This document shows, piece after piece, positions 1 to 8,915 of a stretch of DNA of 50,197 nt. Source of the DNA: Bacteroidales bacterium (lineage in GTDB: Bacteria; Bacteroidota; Bacteroidia; Bacteroidales; JAADJA01); the NCBI GenBank assembly GCA_026984135.1, contig JALSSR010000093.1, positions 1 to 50,197 on the forward strand. The letters run 5' to 3'. Made by a program: the position numbers and the translations under genes. The notes under the pieces are model-generated. The model saw only the letters and a program-made list of their open reading frames with translations, had not been told where the DNA came from and did no database searches. Within the stretch, counting starts at the first letter, position 1; each line of letters begins with the position of its first letter.

Positions 1-1
1 T

Positions 2-841
2 ATTTCACATATTCTTCTCCAGGAACTTGCTGCAATAAGAAAAGAGGGTATTAATATGACATACCTCAGACCCGACTCAAAATCACAGGTTACCATCGAA
101 TATGATGACAATAACAAACCGGCAAGAGTACACACAATAGTTGTTTCAACGCAACACGATCAGTTTATGGACGATGATGAGGAGATGCTTGCCAAGATAA
201 AAGAGGATGTGCGTGACATACTGATTCCCAGAACCGTTAAGTTGTTGCCTGAAAGAGTTCAGAAACTGTTTGATGACAACATTATCCTTCATGTGAATCC
301 GACGGGAAAGTTTGTGATTGGCGGACCTCACGGTGATACCGGTCTTACCGGAAGAAAAATTATTGTTGACACATATGGTGGCAAAGGTGCTCACGGTGGT
401 GGTGCCTTTTCGGGGAAAGATCCTTCAAAGGTTGACCGTTCAGCTGCTTATGCTTCCCGGCACATTGCAAAGAATATGGTTGCAGCCGGCGTAGCTGATG
501 AAATACTTGTTCAACTCTCTTACGCAATTGGCGTTGCCGAACCGGTCGGTGTTTTTGTTGAGACCTACGGAACTTCAAAGGTCAAATTGACGGACGGTGA
601 GATTGCAGAAAAGATAAAAAAGCTTTTCGACCTCCGTCCTGCCGCAATAGAGGACAGACTTAAGCTTAGAAATCCGATTTATCTTGAGACAGCCTCATAC
701 GGACATATGGGAAGAACTCCCGTTGAAGTGGTTAAGAAATTCTCGTCACCATATAATGGAAGCAAAGAGGTAACGGTTGAACTGTTTACCTGGGAGAAAC
801 TTGATTTTGTGGATAAGATCAAAAAGGAATTCGGGATTTGA
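2..841 (+). CDS. metK: S-adenosylmethionine synthetase (5'-truncated by window edge)
   Basis: [20 protein letters not shown] and [19 protein letters not shown] signatures; frame is open back to position 2. Confidence 0.98.
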   Translation: MSHILLQELAAIRKEGINMTYLRPDSKSQVTIEYDDNNKPARVHTIVVSTQHDQFMDDDEEMLAKIKEDVRDILIPRTVKLLPERVQKLFDDNIILHVNPTGKFVIGGPHGDTGLTGRKIIVDTYGGKGAHGGGAFSGKDPSKVDRSAAYASRHIAKNMVAAGVADEILVQLSYAIGVAEPVGVFVETYGTSKVKLTDGEIAEKIKKLFDLRPAAIEDRLKLRNPIYLETASYGHMGRTPVEVVKKFSSPYNGSKEVTVELFTWEKLDFVDKIKKEFGI

Positions 842-873
842 TAATCCATATTTCCGGATAGCAAAATAGGATT

Positions 874-906
874 AAAAAAAGCCCCGACGGAGTCGGGGCT
901 TTTTTA
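874..906. terminator. Bidirectional intrinsic terminator
   Basis: A-run, GCCCCGAC-GGA-GTCGGGGC hairpin, T-run, between convergent genes. Confidence 0.9.
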
Positions 907-925
907 TTTATTTATAAGTTTTTGC

Positions 926-1651
926 TTAGTGTCTAATAATCAGTTTTTGAGTCTTTGCAGGCTCATTGTTGACCACAAGTGAATAAAAATAGATACCCTC
1001 TTTAAAATCGGATGTATTTATTTTCAAAGAACCAAAAGTGTTGTTGATTCCAATTTCTTTTACTGTTGAACCCAGTAAATCGTAAATGACGACCTTTGAA
1101 TTTGCAGGTGTCTCATTAAAATCGTAATCAAATTTTACGAAACTGTTAGCCGGATTCGGATAGGCTGCCGACAGTTTGAAGTTAAGAGGATCCGGTACGC
1201 TTACAAGAGTTGAGTACTTCACTATTATTGAAACATTATCCGACGGATTCTCCTCATTAAAGAATGTGTACTTTATTGTTGACTCACCTTCGTTTCCGTC
1301 AGGATAATAATCACCGCTGAATTCATCGTAAATTCCATCGGGATCAATCATAACGGATACAGCTGATGTATCTGTTGTCGGAGGATAACACAACCCCCAG
1401 CAAAATGAATTTGTTGTGCCGGGAACGATGTCTATATCCGTCCTTGCACATTTAACATGCATCCCGGTAGAGGTGATGTTTTTAACGTCAATAGCATCAA
1501 TAACTATTGCAGAACTTGTTGCTTCACCGCCAATAGTGATTTCCTGTCCCGGTTCCAAAAGTTCGTTTTCAAAATAAACTTCTAAGTTCTGAGTAAATGC
1601 GACACTAAAAACCATCGCAATAAAAAAGAGTGTAGAGATAATTTTTTTCAT
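926..1651 (-). CDS. T9SS type A sorting domain-containing secreted protein
   Basis: Signal peptide MKKIISTLFF (ATG at 1651 preferred); C-terminal AYPNPA...GIYFYSL...KLII; TACTTTTG box on minus strand at 1679-1686. Confidence 0.85.
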   Translation of the reverse strand: MKKIISTLFFIAMVFSVAFTQNLEVYFENELLEPGQEITIGGEATSSAIVIDAIDVKNITSTGMHVKCARTDIDIVPGTTNSFCWGLCYPPTTDTSAVSVMIDPDGIYDEFSGDYYPDGNEGESTIKYTFFNEENPSDNVSIIVKYSTLVSVPDPLNFKLSAAYPNPANSFVKFDYDFNETPANSKVVIYDLLGSTVKEIGINNTFGSLKINTSDFKEGIYFYSLVVNNEPAKTQKLIIRH

Positions 1652-1846
1652 AATCATTTTATTTTTATACTCGTTAGACAAAAGTAAAATTTAAATAGTT
1701 GTCTCTTTAACGAAACAACTTTACAAAAATATACAAAAACTATGCTAACAAATGTTAAAAAACAAAAAAAGTTTGGAAAATGACAACTTTGGCTGCTGTA
1801 AAAGTGTCTATCAGAAAAAATTATAAAATACATATACAAAAATATA

Positions 1847-1854
1847 TATATTTG
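1847..1854 (+). promoter_or_regulatory. Bacteroidota -7 promoter box (TAnnTTTG)
   Basis: TATATTTG about 30 bp upstream of ATG 1884; equivalent boxes at 6600, 8885, 11173, 18307, 21620, 24119, 25457, 26238, 31183 and 47761 (+) and 1679, 6565, 8778, 18241, 19805, 21977, 30997, 36921 and 44945 (-). Confidence 0.7.
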
Positions 1855-1883
1855 CAAACATTTTAAACTTAAATTAAACTATT

Positions 1884-3533
1884 ATGAAATTAAAAGCTTT
1901 ATTTTTATCAGTTGTCTTTCTGATGTCCGGGTATATTTTTGCCCAGCAGGTTGACAGAGAGAATGTTCTTTTGGAAATTGTAACGGGTACTTGGTGTTAC
2001 TATTGCCCGGGTGCTGCAATGGGTGCCGAAGACCTTATTGCCAACGGCAAACAAGTGGCTGTTATTGAGTATCATACGGGCGACACATATGAGAACACTT
2101 ATTCTGCGGCAAGAAGCAGCTATTATAATATATTAGGAGTTCCTACCGCATTTTTCGATGGTGTACTGAGTGTTGAGGGTGGTAACCATACTTCGAGCAT
2201 GTATAGTTCATATCTTCCCAAATATAATCAACGGATTGCGATTCAATCACCGTTCACCATTGATGTTGACGGCACAAACGGAGGATTGATTGAATATAAT
2301 ATAATAGTAACGGTAAACAAAGTTGCGACAAATAACAGTTCTAACCTGAAGTTGATGTGTGCCGTTACGGAATCGGGAATTCAACAAAGCTGGCAGGGAC
2401 AGGATCATCTTGAATGGGTTGAGAGGCTTATGGTTCCAAATCAATTTGGTACATCTCTCGACTTTTCTTCGGGTAATACACAAGAGGTATCAGTAAACTT
2501 TACAATGCAACCATCTTGGGTCAACGAAAATTGTGAAGTTGTATTTTTTGTTCAGGATTTAAGCACAAAAGAGGTTTTTCAAACGGTAAAATATGATCTG
2601 TCGGAGTTTGCCTCAACAAATGATTACGATATTTCTTTAAAAGATGTGTATGTACCGCAGGCAATGTGTAACAGTTCGGTTGAGCCTTCAGTACTGGTAA
2701 CAAACTTCGGATTGGAGACACTCACAAGTTTTGACGTTGTTTACAGTGTTAACGGCGGGACACAGCAAACATACCCATGGACAGGCAGTCTTCCTACAAT
2801 GGAGTCGGCTCTTATTGACCTTCCTGCCATTGATGTAAATGTAGTTGCGAATAATAATATTGAAGTTACCCTTGAAAATCCCAACGGACAGGCTGATCAG
2901 TTTCCACAGAACAACTCAAAGACCGTTTCTTTTGAGGAAGCACAAAATGTAACCTCCCCTGTGGCACTTGCTCTCAAGCTTGATGACAATCCGGAAGAGA
3001 CAACGTGGGAATTAAAGGATTCGGAAGGAACGGTTCTTTATTCGGGCGGACCTTATACAAATCCCGGCCAGTATGTTATTGAGTATTTCGACCTTCCCGA
3101 TAACGGTTGCTATGCCTTCTCAATTTATGATACGGGTGGTGACGGACTAACAGGTATCGGTAATTATAAACTTGCATACGACGGAAGCAATATTTTTGCA
3201 GAGGGTTATGATTTCGGTTATATGTCGGGAGCGGAGTTTACCATAGGATTGACAGGCGAAGATGAAATGACGGTAAATAATTCCGTTCAAATATATCCCA
3301 ATCCTTTCACTGAAACCGCTTATGTATCTTTCACAACTGCACAAACGGAAATTGCAAGCGTCAATGTTTACAATTCAATCGGAAAACAGGTTTATTCAGT
3401 GAATAACAAAGAATATTCTGCCGGTACACATTCAATTGAAATTGACGGTGCGGAACTTCACAGCGGAATATATTTTGTTAATCTTAAGATAGGAAACAAA
3501 ACGTATAAGCAAAAATTAGTGTTAACAAAATAG
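1884..3533 (+). CDS. Omp28-related thioredoxin-fold protein with T9SS C-terminal domain
   Basis: Signal peptide; VLLEIVTGTWCYYCP (CxxC) and GVPTAFFDG as in Omp28; IYPNPF...GIYFV...KLV C-terminal domain. Confidence 0.85.
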   Translation: MKLKALFLSVVFLMSGYIFAQQVDRENVLLEIVTGTWCYYCPGAAMGAEDLIANGKQVAVIEYHTGDTYENTYSAARSSYYNILGVPTAFFDGVLSVEGGNHTSSMYSSYLPKYNQRIAIQSPFTIDVDGTNGGLIEYNIIVTVNKVATNNSSNLKLMCAVTESGIQQSWQGQDHLEWVERLMVPNQFGTSLDFSSGNTQEVSVNFTMQPSWVNENCEVVFFVQDLSTKEVFQTVKYDLSEFASTNDYDISLKDVYVPQAMCNSSVEPSVLVTNFGLETLTSFDVVYSVNGGTQQTYPWTGSLPTMESALIDLPAIDVNVVANNNIEVTLENPNGQADQFPQNNSKTVSFEEAQNVTSPVALALKLDDNPEETTWELKDSEGTVLYSGGPYTNPGQYVIEYFDLPDNGCYAFSIYDTGGDGLTGIGNYKLAYDGSNIFAEGYDFGYMSGAEFTIGLTGEDEMTVNNSVQIYPNPFTETAYVSFTTAQTEIASVNVYNSIGKQVYSVNNKEYSAGTHSIEIDGAELHSGIYFVNLKIGNKTYKQKLVLTK

Positions 3534-3551
3534 CATTTCAAATCAAAATAG

Positions 3552-3580
3552 AAAAGGCGGACAATTTGTCCGCCTTTTTT
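3552..3580. terminator. Bidirectional intrinsic terminator
   Basis: AAAAGGCGGACAA-T-TTGTCCGCCTTTTTT. Confidence 0.9.
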
Positions 3581-3607
3581 ATTTTCTTAAAACTCAGATA
3601 AAGTTTT

Positions 3608-4519
3608 TCAGTGGTAAAATCTCGAATTTATATAAGAGTATATTTCGCTGACTTTCATCTGTGCGGTAGCCGGGCCGGTGCGGACATAAAAAATCTCATC
3701 ATTATTATGAGTGAGATAAGCAGGTATATTCGAAGGCTTTACATCTACTCTCAGAATTTTACTGCCGTCCGTACCTTCAATCACTGCCCTTACAAATGAT
3801 GTATGTTGCATACCTATTCTCTCCTGAATAAGTTTTGTCAAATGCAAAAGGGTTTTATCATCATCCTTGAATTTATCATTTTTAAGGCCGAGGATATTTT
3901 TATCATCATCAACTCCTATTAGTAATGTGCCTCCCGAAGAGTTCATAAAAGCGGCAATGGTTTTTAATGCGGCATGCTCCATCTCTTTATCAAACTTTTT
4001 GGTATAAAGATTATAGCGGAGGGTTGATTTGAATTCGACATAATCGTTTTCACCATTCTCAATAAGAGCATACGTAGATGTGTTTTCAGCGGTACTGAGA
4101 TAATCGGTTATCATTTTCGCCAGTTCCACAATAATCTTCAGAGATATTTCCGCTGGAATTTTTTTTGTATTAAAAATATCCTTTCCGGCAAGGGAAATGA
4201 GTAAAGAGGGTTCAACGGCTTTAATTGTTCCCGAACGGAATTTATGATTTATAACTGATATTTCCCCGAAGACATCTCCTTTTTCATAAATAACATCCTC
4301 CTGTCCTGGCATCTCCAGTTTGAGTTTGCCATAGCGCACAATATATAGAATCTGTTCAGAAGAAAGCCGGGCAAAAACAGTTTCATTCTTATCAATCTGT
4401 TTTACATATAAATATTTAACAACCTGTTTAAGTTCTGTATCCGTAAGTTTCTTAAATATGGAAACGGATTTAAGGAACTCAAAATGCTCTGCATCCGTAA
4501 AATTAATATCTCTTGCCAT
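3608..4519 (-). CDS. Cyclic-nucleotide-binding domain + Schlafen/AlbA_2 domain fusion protein
   Basis: N-terminal CNBD (FLKSVSIF..., LYIVRYGKL, GDVFGEISVINHKFRSGTIKA); C-terminal AlbA_2 (GENDYVEFKS, IAAFMNSSGGTLLIGVDD, FYVRTGPAT). Confidence 0.85.
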   Translation of the reverse strand: MARDINFTDAEHFEFLKSVSIFKKLTDTELKQVVKYLYVKQIDKNETVFARLSSEQILYIVRYGKLKLEMPGQEDVIYEKGDVFGEISVINHKFRSGTIKAVEPSLLISLAGKDIFNTKKIPAEISLKIIVELAKMITDYLSTAENTSTYALIENGENDYVEFKSTLRYNLYTKKFDKEMEHAALKTIAAFMNSSGGTLLIGVDDDKNILGLKNDKFKDDDKTLLHLTKLIQERIGMQHTSFVRAVIEGTDGSKILRVDVKPSNIPAYLTHNNDEIFYVRTGPATAQMKVSEIYSYINSRFYH

Positions 4520-4524
4520 AAAAT

Positions 4525-6534
4525 TTAAAATAGTTTATCAATTAAATCATCATCAGCAATAACAGGAACAGTAACTTTCAGATTCGGTTCATCTTTCATT
4601 GCGCGTTTTATTGCAAACAGTGCACCGTCGTTTCTGGCCCAGCTTCTGCGAGCAATACCATTGTTAACATCCCAGTAAAGCATTTGTCTGAGTCTGCGGT
4701 CGGAATCTTCGGAACCGTCGAGTACCATTCCGAAACCGCCGTTTATAACTTCGCCCCAGCCTACTCCGCCTCCGTTATGTATTGAAACCCAGGTAGCTCC
4801 TCTGAACGAATCACCGATGACGTTTTGTATTGCCATATCGGCAGTAAATTGTGAACCGTCATAAATATTGGAAGTTTCTCGATATGGGGAATCCGTACCC
4901 GAAACATCGTGGTGGTCGCGACCAAGTACAACGGGAGCTGAAATTTTCCCGTCTCTTATTGCCCGATTGAAGGCGGCGGCAATTTTTGTTCTTCCTTCAC
5001 AGTCGGCATACAGGATACGTGCCTGAGATCCAACCACTAATTTGTTCTTTTTCGCTTCCCTGATCCATTTGATATTATCTTTCATTTGCTGCATTATTTC
5101 CGGTGGTGCCGATGCGGCAATTTCTTCCATCACTTCTGCAGCAATAGTGTCAGTCAAGTCAAGGTCTTCCGGTTTTCCCGAAGTACACACCCAACGGAAA
5201 GGTCCGAAACCGTAATCAAAGCACATAGGCCCCATAATATCCTGAACATAAGAAGGATACTTAAACTTGCCGTCTTTTTTAAAAATATCCGCTCCCGCTC
5301 TTCCCGCTTCGAGCAAAAAGGCATTTCCATAGTCAAAGAAATACATTCCTTTGGCAGTAAGAGCATTTATGGCATTTACCTGTCTTTTTAGAGATTCCCG
5401 TACCCTGTTTTTAAATTCTTCAGGGTTATTAGCCATCATTTTATTGGCCTCTTCAAATGACAATCCCACAGGATAATAACCTCCTGCCCAGGGATTATGT
5501 AAAGAAGTTTGGTCGGAACCAAGTTCCACAAAAACATCTTTTTCAACAAATTTCTCCCACAACTCAACAATATTGCCTTGGAAAGCCAGGGAGACAGCTT
5601 CTTTTGCTGCTCTTGCTTTTTCAATTCGCGACAGCAGTTGGTCAAGGTCGCTATAAACTTCGTCAACCCAACCCTGACTATGCCGTTTCTCAACAGCTTT
5701 GGGATTTACTTCGGCAATAACACCGATTGCTCCGGCTATGACAGCGGCTTTTGCCTGAGCACCCGACATCCCTCCGAGACCTGAAGAGACAAACAGTTTT
5801 CCGCCAAGTCCTTCTTCACTGTGTTTTTGAATCATTCTTCCGGCATTCAGAACCGTAATAGTGGTTCCATGGACGATACCCTGCGGTCCGATGTACATAT
5901 ACGATCCGGCAGTCATCTGTCCGTATTGTGAAACTCCGAGTGCATTAAACCTTTCCCAATCGTCAGGTTTTGAATAGTTTGGGACAACCATTCCGTTTGT
6001 TACAACAACGCGCGGGGCATCTTTATGCGACGGGAACAGTCCCAAAGGATTTCCCGAATACATTGCCAAAGTCTGCTCGTCTGTCATTTCGGCAAGATAT
6101 TTCATTGTGAGTAGATACTGTGCCCAGTTTTGAAATACTGCTCCGTTACCGCCATAGGTAATCAGCTCGTGCGGGTGTTGTGCCACAGCCTCATCCAGAT
6201 TATTACTGATCATAAGCATAATAGCTGCCGCCTGTTTCGATTTATGCGGATACTCATCAATACTTCTGGCATAAATCTTATAATCCGGTCGAAAACGGTA
6301 CATATAAATCCTGCCGTAATCCTCAAGCTCCTTTTTAAATTCCGGGGCAAGAACAGCATGATGTTTTTTGTCGAAGTAGCGTAAAGCATTTTTTACCGCA
6401 AGCTTTTTCTCTTCGGGCGTTAAAATATCTTTACGTTTGGGTGCATGACTGACACCGGTATCATAGGGCTTCAACGCAGGTAGTTCCTCGGGAATCCCTG
6501 TCAATATTGCTTTTTGAAAATCGGTAATTTTCAT
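4525..6534 (-). CDS. hutU: Urocanate hydratase (long, 669-aa form)
   Basis: YGQMTAGSYMYIGPQGIVHGT, GLGGMSGAQ, GRDHHDVSG, WVSIHNGGGVGWG. Confidence 0.97.
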   Translation of the reverse strand: MKITDFQKAILTGIPEELPALKPYDTGVSHAPKRKDILTPEEKKLAVKNALRYFDKKHHAVLAPEFKKELEDYGRIYMYRFRPDYKIYARSIDEYPHKSKQAAAIMLMISNNLDEAVAQHPHELITYGGNGAVFQNWAQYLLTMKYLAEMTDEQTLAMYSGNPLGLFPSHKDAPRVVVTNGMVVPNYSKPDDWERFNALGVSQYGQMTAGSYMYIGPQGIVHGTTITVLNAGRMIQKHSEEGLGGKLFVSSGLGGMSGAQAKAAVIAGAIGVIAEVNPKAVEKRHSQGWVDEVYSDLDQLLSRIEKARAAKEAVSLAFQGNIVELWEKFVEKDVFVELGSDQTSLHNPWAGGYYPVGLSFEEANKMMANNPEEFKNRVRESLKRQVNAINALTAKGMYFFDYGNAFLLEAGRAGADIFKKDGKFKYPSYVQDIMGPMCFDYGFGPFRWVCTSGKPEDLDLTDTIAAEVMEEIAASAPPEIMQQMKDNIKWIREAKKNKLVVGSQARILYADCEGRTKIAAAFNRAIRDGKISAPVVLGRDHHDVSGTDSPYRETSNIYDGSQFTADMAIQNVIGDSFRGATWVSIHNGGGVGWGEVINGGFGMVLDGSEDSDRRLRQMLYWDVNNGIARRSWARNDGALFAIKRAMKDEPNLKVTVPVIADDDLIDKLF

Positions 6535-6629
6535 ATTTCTTATATATTAATTTCAAACAAACGTCAAAATTACAAAATTATTTAATAGAGAAAAATGAGT
6601 AGTTTTGAGGCCTGTTAAAATCACAAAAA

Positions 6630-6854
6630 ATGGACGCATCAATTCCCGTAATAACAATTGTAATATTGATTATTATTTCTTTTTCCCGTTTGAGATACAG
6701 AAAGAGTATTTGGTTTCTAATTCTTAACTTTTTAATTCTGGCACTTTTTTCATATGACATCTCCCGAACTCCGGAAAACCATTATCCGGATTTGTTTCTG
6801 ATTATTCTGACTGTTTTTAATGTTTACAGATTTTTCAGAGACAGAAGCCGCTAA
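6630..6854 (+). CDS. Small hypothetical membrane protein (about 3 hydrophobic segments)
   Basis: 74-aa hydrophobic ORF with A-rich leader and TAGTTTTG box at 6600-6607. Confidence 0.5.
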   Translation: MDASIPVITIVILIIISFSRLRYRKSIWFLILNFLILALFSYDISRTPENHYPDLFLIILTVFNVYRFFRDRSR

Positions 6855-6857
6855 TTT

Positions 6858-6898
6858 TACCGTTAACTTTTTTTCTCCTACCGTTAACTTTTTTTCTC
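6858..6898 (+). promoter_or_regulatory. Direct-repeat pair with 21-bp period (LytTR-type operator candidate)
   Basis: TACCGTTAACTTTTTTTCTC at 6858 and 6879; same 11-bp core and period at 37392/37413. Confidence 0.6.
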
Positions 6899-6933
6899 TT
6901 GACAAAGGGGGTGAATTTGATTTATTTTGCAGA

Positions 6934-7018
6934 TGTCAATTTTTTAGAGCTTTTTACAAAACAGCCCTTAAGCAATGAACCGACCCCGTCAGGATAAATC
7001 CCGACGGGGTCTTTTTTT
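6934..7018 (+). ncRNA. Candidate ~85-nt small RNA
   Basis: TTG (6899-6901), 20 bp, then TTATTTTG (6922-6929, near-consensus -7 box); U-rich body with no meaningful ORF; ends in a plus-strand terminator. Confidence 0.35.
6982..7018 (+). terminator. Intrinsic terminator
   Basis: GACCCCGTCAGGAT-AA-ATCCCGACGGGGTC followed by T7. Confidence 0.85.
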
Positions 7019-7034
7019 GTTTGTTGAAGGTTTG

Positions 7035-7643
7035 TTAAATTTTATCTTTAGAATGTTTTAATATCTGATAAAGGAATTCCCTTGCTCTGAAAAGCTGTGC
7101 CTTAACAGTGCCAAGCGGAAGATTAAGTTCTTCGGCAATTTCATCATAGGAATACTCTTTAAAATATCTAAGCTCAATTAATGTGCGATAATGAGGTTTC
7201 AATTTTTCCACAACCTGACGCATAAGTTTTATCTTCTGCTGCTTAACGATCTCTTCTTCAGGATTTAAGGTCTGAGAGGGAATCCGGATTGCCATTTCCG
7301 TGCCGTCTTCATCATCATAATTCTGGTCAATAGAAAAAGTATATTTCTTTTTCTTACGAATAAAATCAATACAATTATTAGAGGCAATCTTAAACAGCCA
7401 GGTACTAAATGCGTAATCGGGAGTATATTGATGCAGTTTTTTAAATGCTTTTCCAAAAGCCTCAATTGTCAAGTCTTCGGCATCGTGCGGATTATTTGTC
7501 ATTTTCAGCAGCATAAAATAGAGCGAATCACGATAGTTGCCCATCAATTCAGCGTAAGCTTTTTGATCGCCCTCTTCTATAGCCAGCTTGACCAGCTTAT
7601 AATCACGTAATGCTTTTTCTGTTAAATGCGTTGCTACTTCCAT
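7035..7643 (-). CDS. ECF-family RNA polymerase sigma-70 factor
   Basis: DAEDLTIEAFGKAF, FSTWLFKIASNNCIDFIRK (region 2); YSYDEIAEELNLPLGTVKAQLFRAR (region 4). Confidence 0.95.
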   Translation of the reverse strand: MEVATHLTEKALRDYKLVKLAIEEGDQKAYAELMGNYRDSLYFMLLKMTNNPHDAEDLTIEAFGKAFKKLHQYTPDYAFSTWLFKIASNNCIDFIRKKKKYTFSIDQNYDDEDGTEMAIRIPSQTLNPEEEIVKQQKIKLMRQVVEKLKPHYRTLIELRYFKEYSYDEIAEELNLPLGTVKAQLFRAREFLYQILKHSKDKI

Positions 7644-8752
7644 CTATTCTGCTTAACAAACAGGTTAGAAATTATAATTACCGGATACAGTACTAATAAT
7701 ATCACTTCAACAAGCGGCGAAATTAGTAATAATTTTTTTTCATTTAACCTATTAAATGTTTTTTTATAAATAATTAACTGAGATAATAGTCTAACGGCAA
7801 AGATAGAGAGCACAGCAACAGTTAAAAAGTTAACAATCAACAAAAAAATAAAGAGCAGATAAAACAAAAAGGTGCTGAGCGACCAGGTTCCTAATAAAAA
7901 AAGATGTTTGAACTTATAATATTTTCCTGCCGATAAGTGTCTTCTTTTTTGCCTGAACCAGGTTCTTACAGACTTCTGAGGCTTTGAAAAAGTAAAACTC
8001 TCTTTGCCGACACAAATTGTGGTGTTGGATTTGCCGGCGACCTTATTCACAAAAAGATCATCATCGCCGGAAGCCACATTATAGTGCGAAATAAATCCTT
8101 TGCTTTTGATGAATAGCTCCTTTTTATAAGCCAGGTTTCTGCCGACACCCATATAAGGTATTCCGCTCAAGGCGTACGAGAAATACTGAAGTGCCGTTGT
8201 TGCCGTTTCGTAGCGGATAATTCTATTTAAAAAGCCCGCTTCTTCATTGTATGCACCGTAACCAAGAACGATATCTTTTTTTGAAGAGAACTTGCCTGCC
8301 ATCTCCCTGATCCAATTCCGGGATGCAGGCCGGCAATCGGCATCGGTCAACAACAAATGCTCATTTTTTGCCGATTTGATTCCGACGGAAAGAGGAAATT
8401 TCTTGCCAGAGAAAAAATTGAGATCCTGCATAAGAGTCACAATTTTAAGATTTCCGTATTTACGTTCCATATCCTCAAGAAAGAAGATTGTTTCGTCATC
8501 GGAGGCATCATTGACAACAACAACCTCAAAATCGGAATAATCCTGCTCAAGTATAAGCGGCAAATATTCTTTCAGGTTTTGGTATTCGTTTTTTGCGCAG
8601 ATAATAACGGAAACGGGAATATCCGCCTGTGGTTTTACCTTATCCTTGTAAAAAGCAAAACGGCTGAAAATCATCCAGAAATACAGAAGCTGAATGGCTG
8701 CCGATGCGGCAAACACCCAAAATACATAATTATAAAGAAAGTCTATCTCCAT
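7634..8752 (-). CDS. Membrane glycosyltransferase family 2
   Basis: VSVIICAKNE, VVNDASDD, LTDAD, GDDD, RQKRRH (QxxRW-like); terminal TM helices; ATG 8752 preferred over TTG 8773. Confidence 0.9.
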   Translation of the reverse strand: MEIDFLYNYVFWVFAASAAIQLLYFWMIFSRFAFYKDKVKPQADIPVSVIICAKNEYQNLKEYLPLILEQDYSDFEVVVVNDASDDETIFFLEDMERKYGNLKIVTLMQDLNFFSGKKFPLSVGIKSAKNEHLLLTDADCRPASRNWIREMAGKFSSKKDIVLGYGAYNEEAGFLNRIIRYETATTALQYFSYALSGIPYMGVGRNLAYKKELFIKSKGFISHYNVASGDDDLFVNKVAGKSNTTICVGKESFTFSKPQKSVRTWFRQKRRHLSAGKYYKFKHLFLLGTWSLSTFLFYLLFIFLLIVNFLTVAVLSIFAVRLLSQLIIYKKTFNRLNEKKLLLISPLVEVILLVLYPVIIISNLFVKQNRWK

Positions 8753-8915
8753 TTCCGGTATTTTAGTTTTCAATGAACAAAAATATTGAATGATTCCGGA
8801 TTTTGACGATAAAAAAATAAAATATTGTTAACAATGGGATTTTAATGCAGAAAAGCCGGTACAAGCTATGTTTAAGAATTAATATACCTTTGCGGAGAAA
8901 TTATAATACAATTTA

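Noticed and set aside
3608-6534. Complete Pycsar/CBASS operon around the CNBD-Schlafen gene
   Set aside because: Neighbours are hutU and an Omp28-like protein, and no cyclase or CD-NTase is recognisable in the window.
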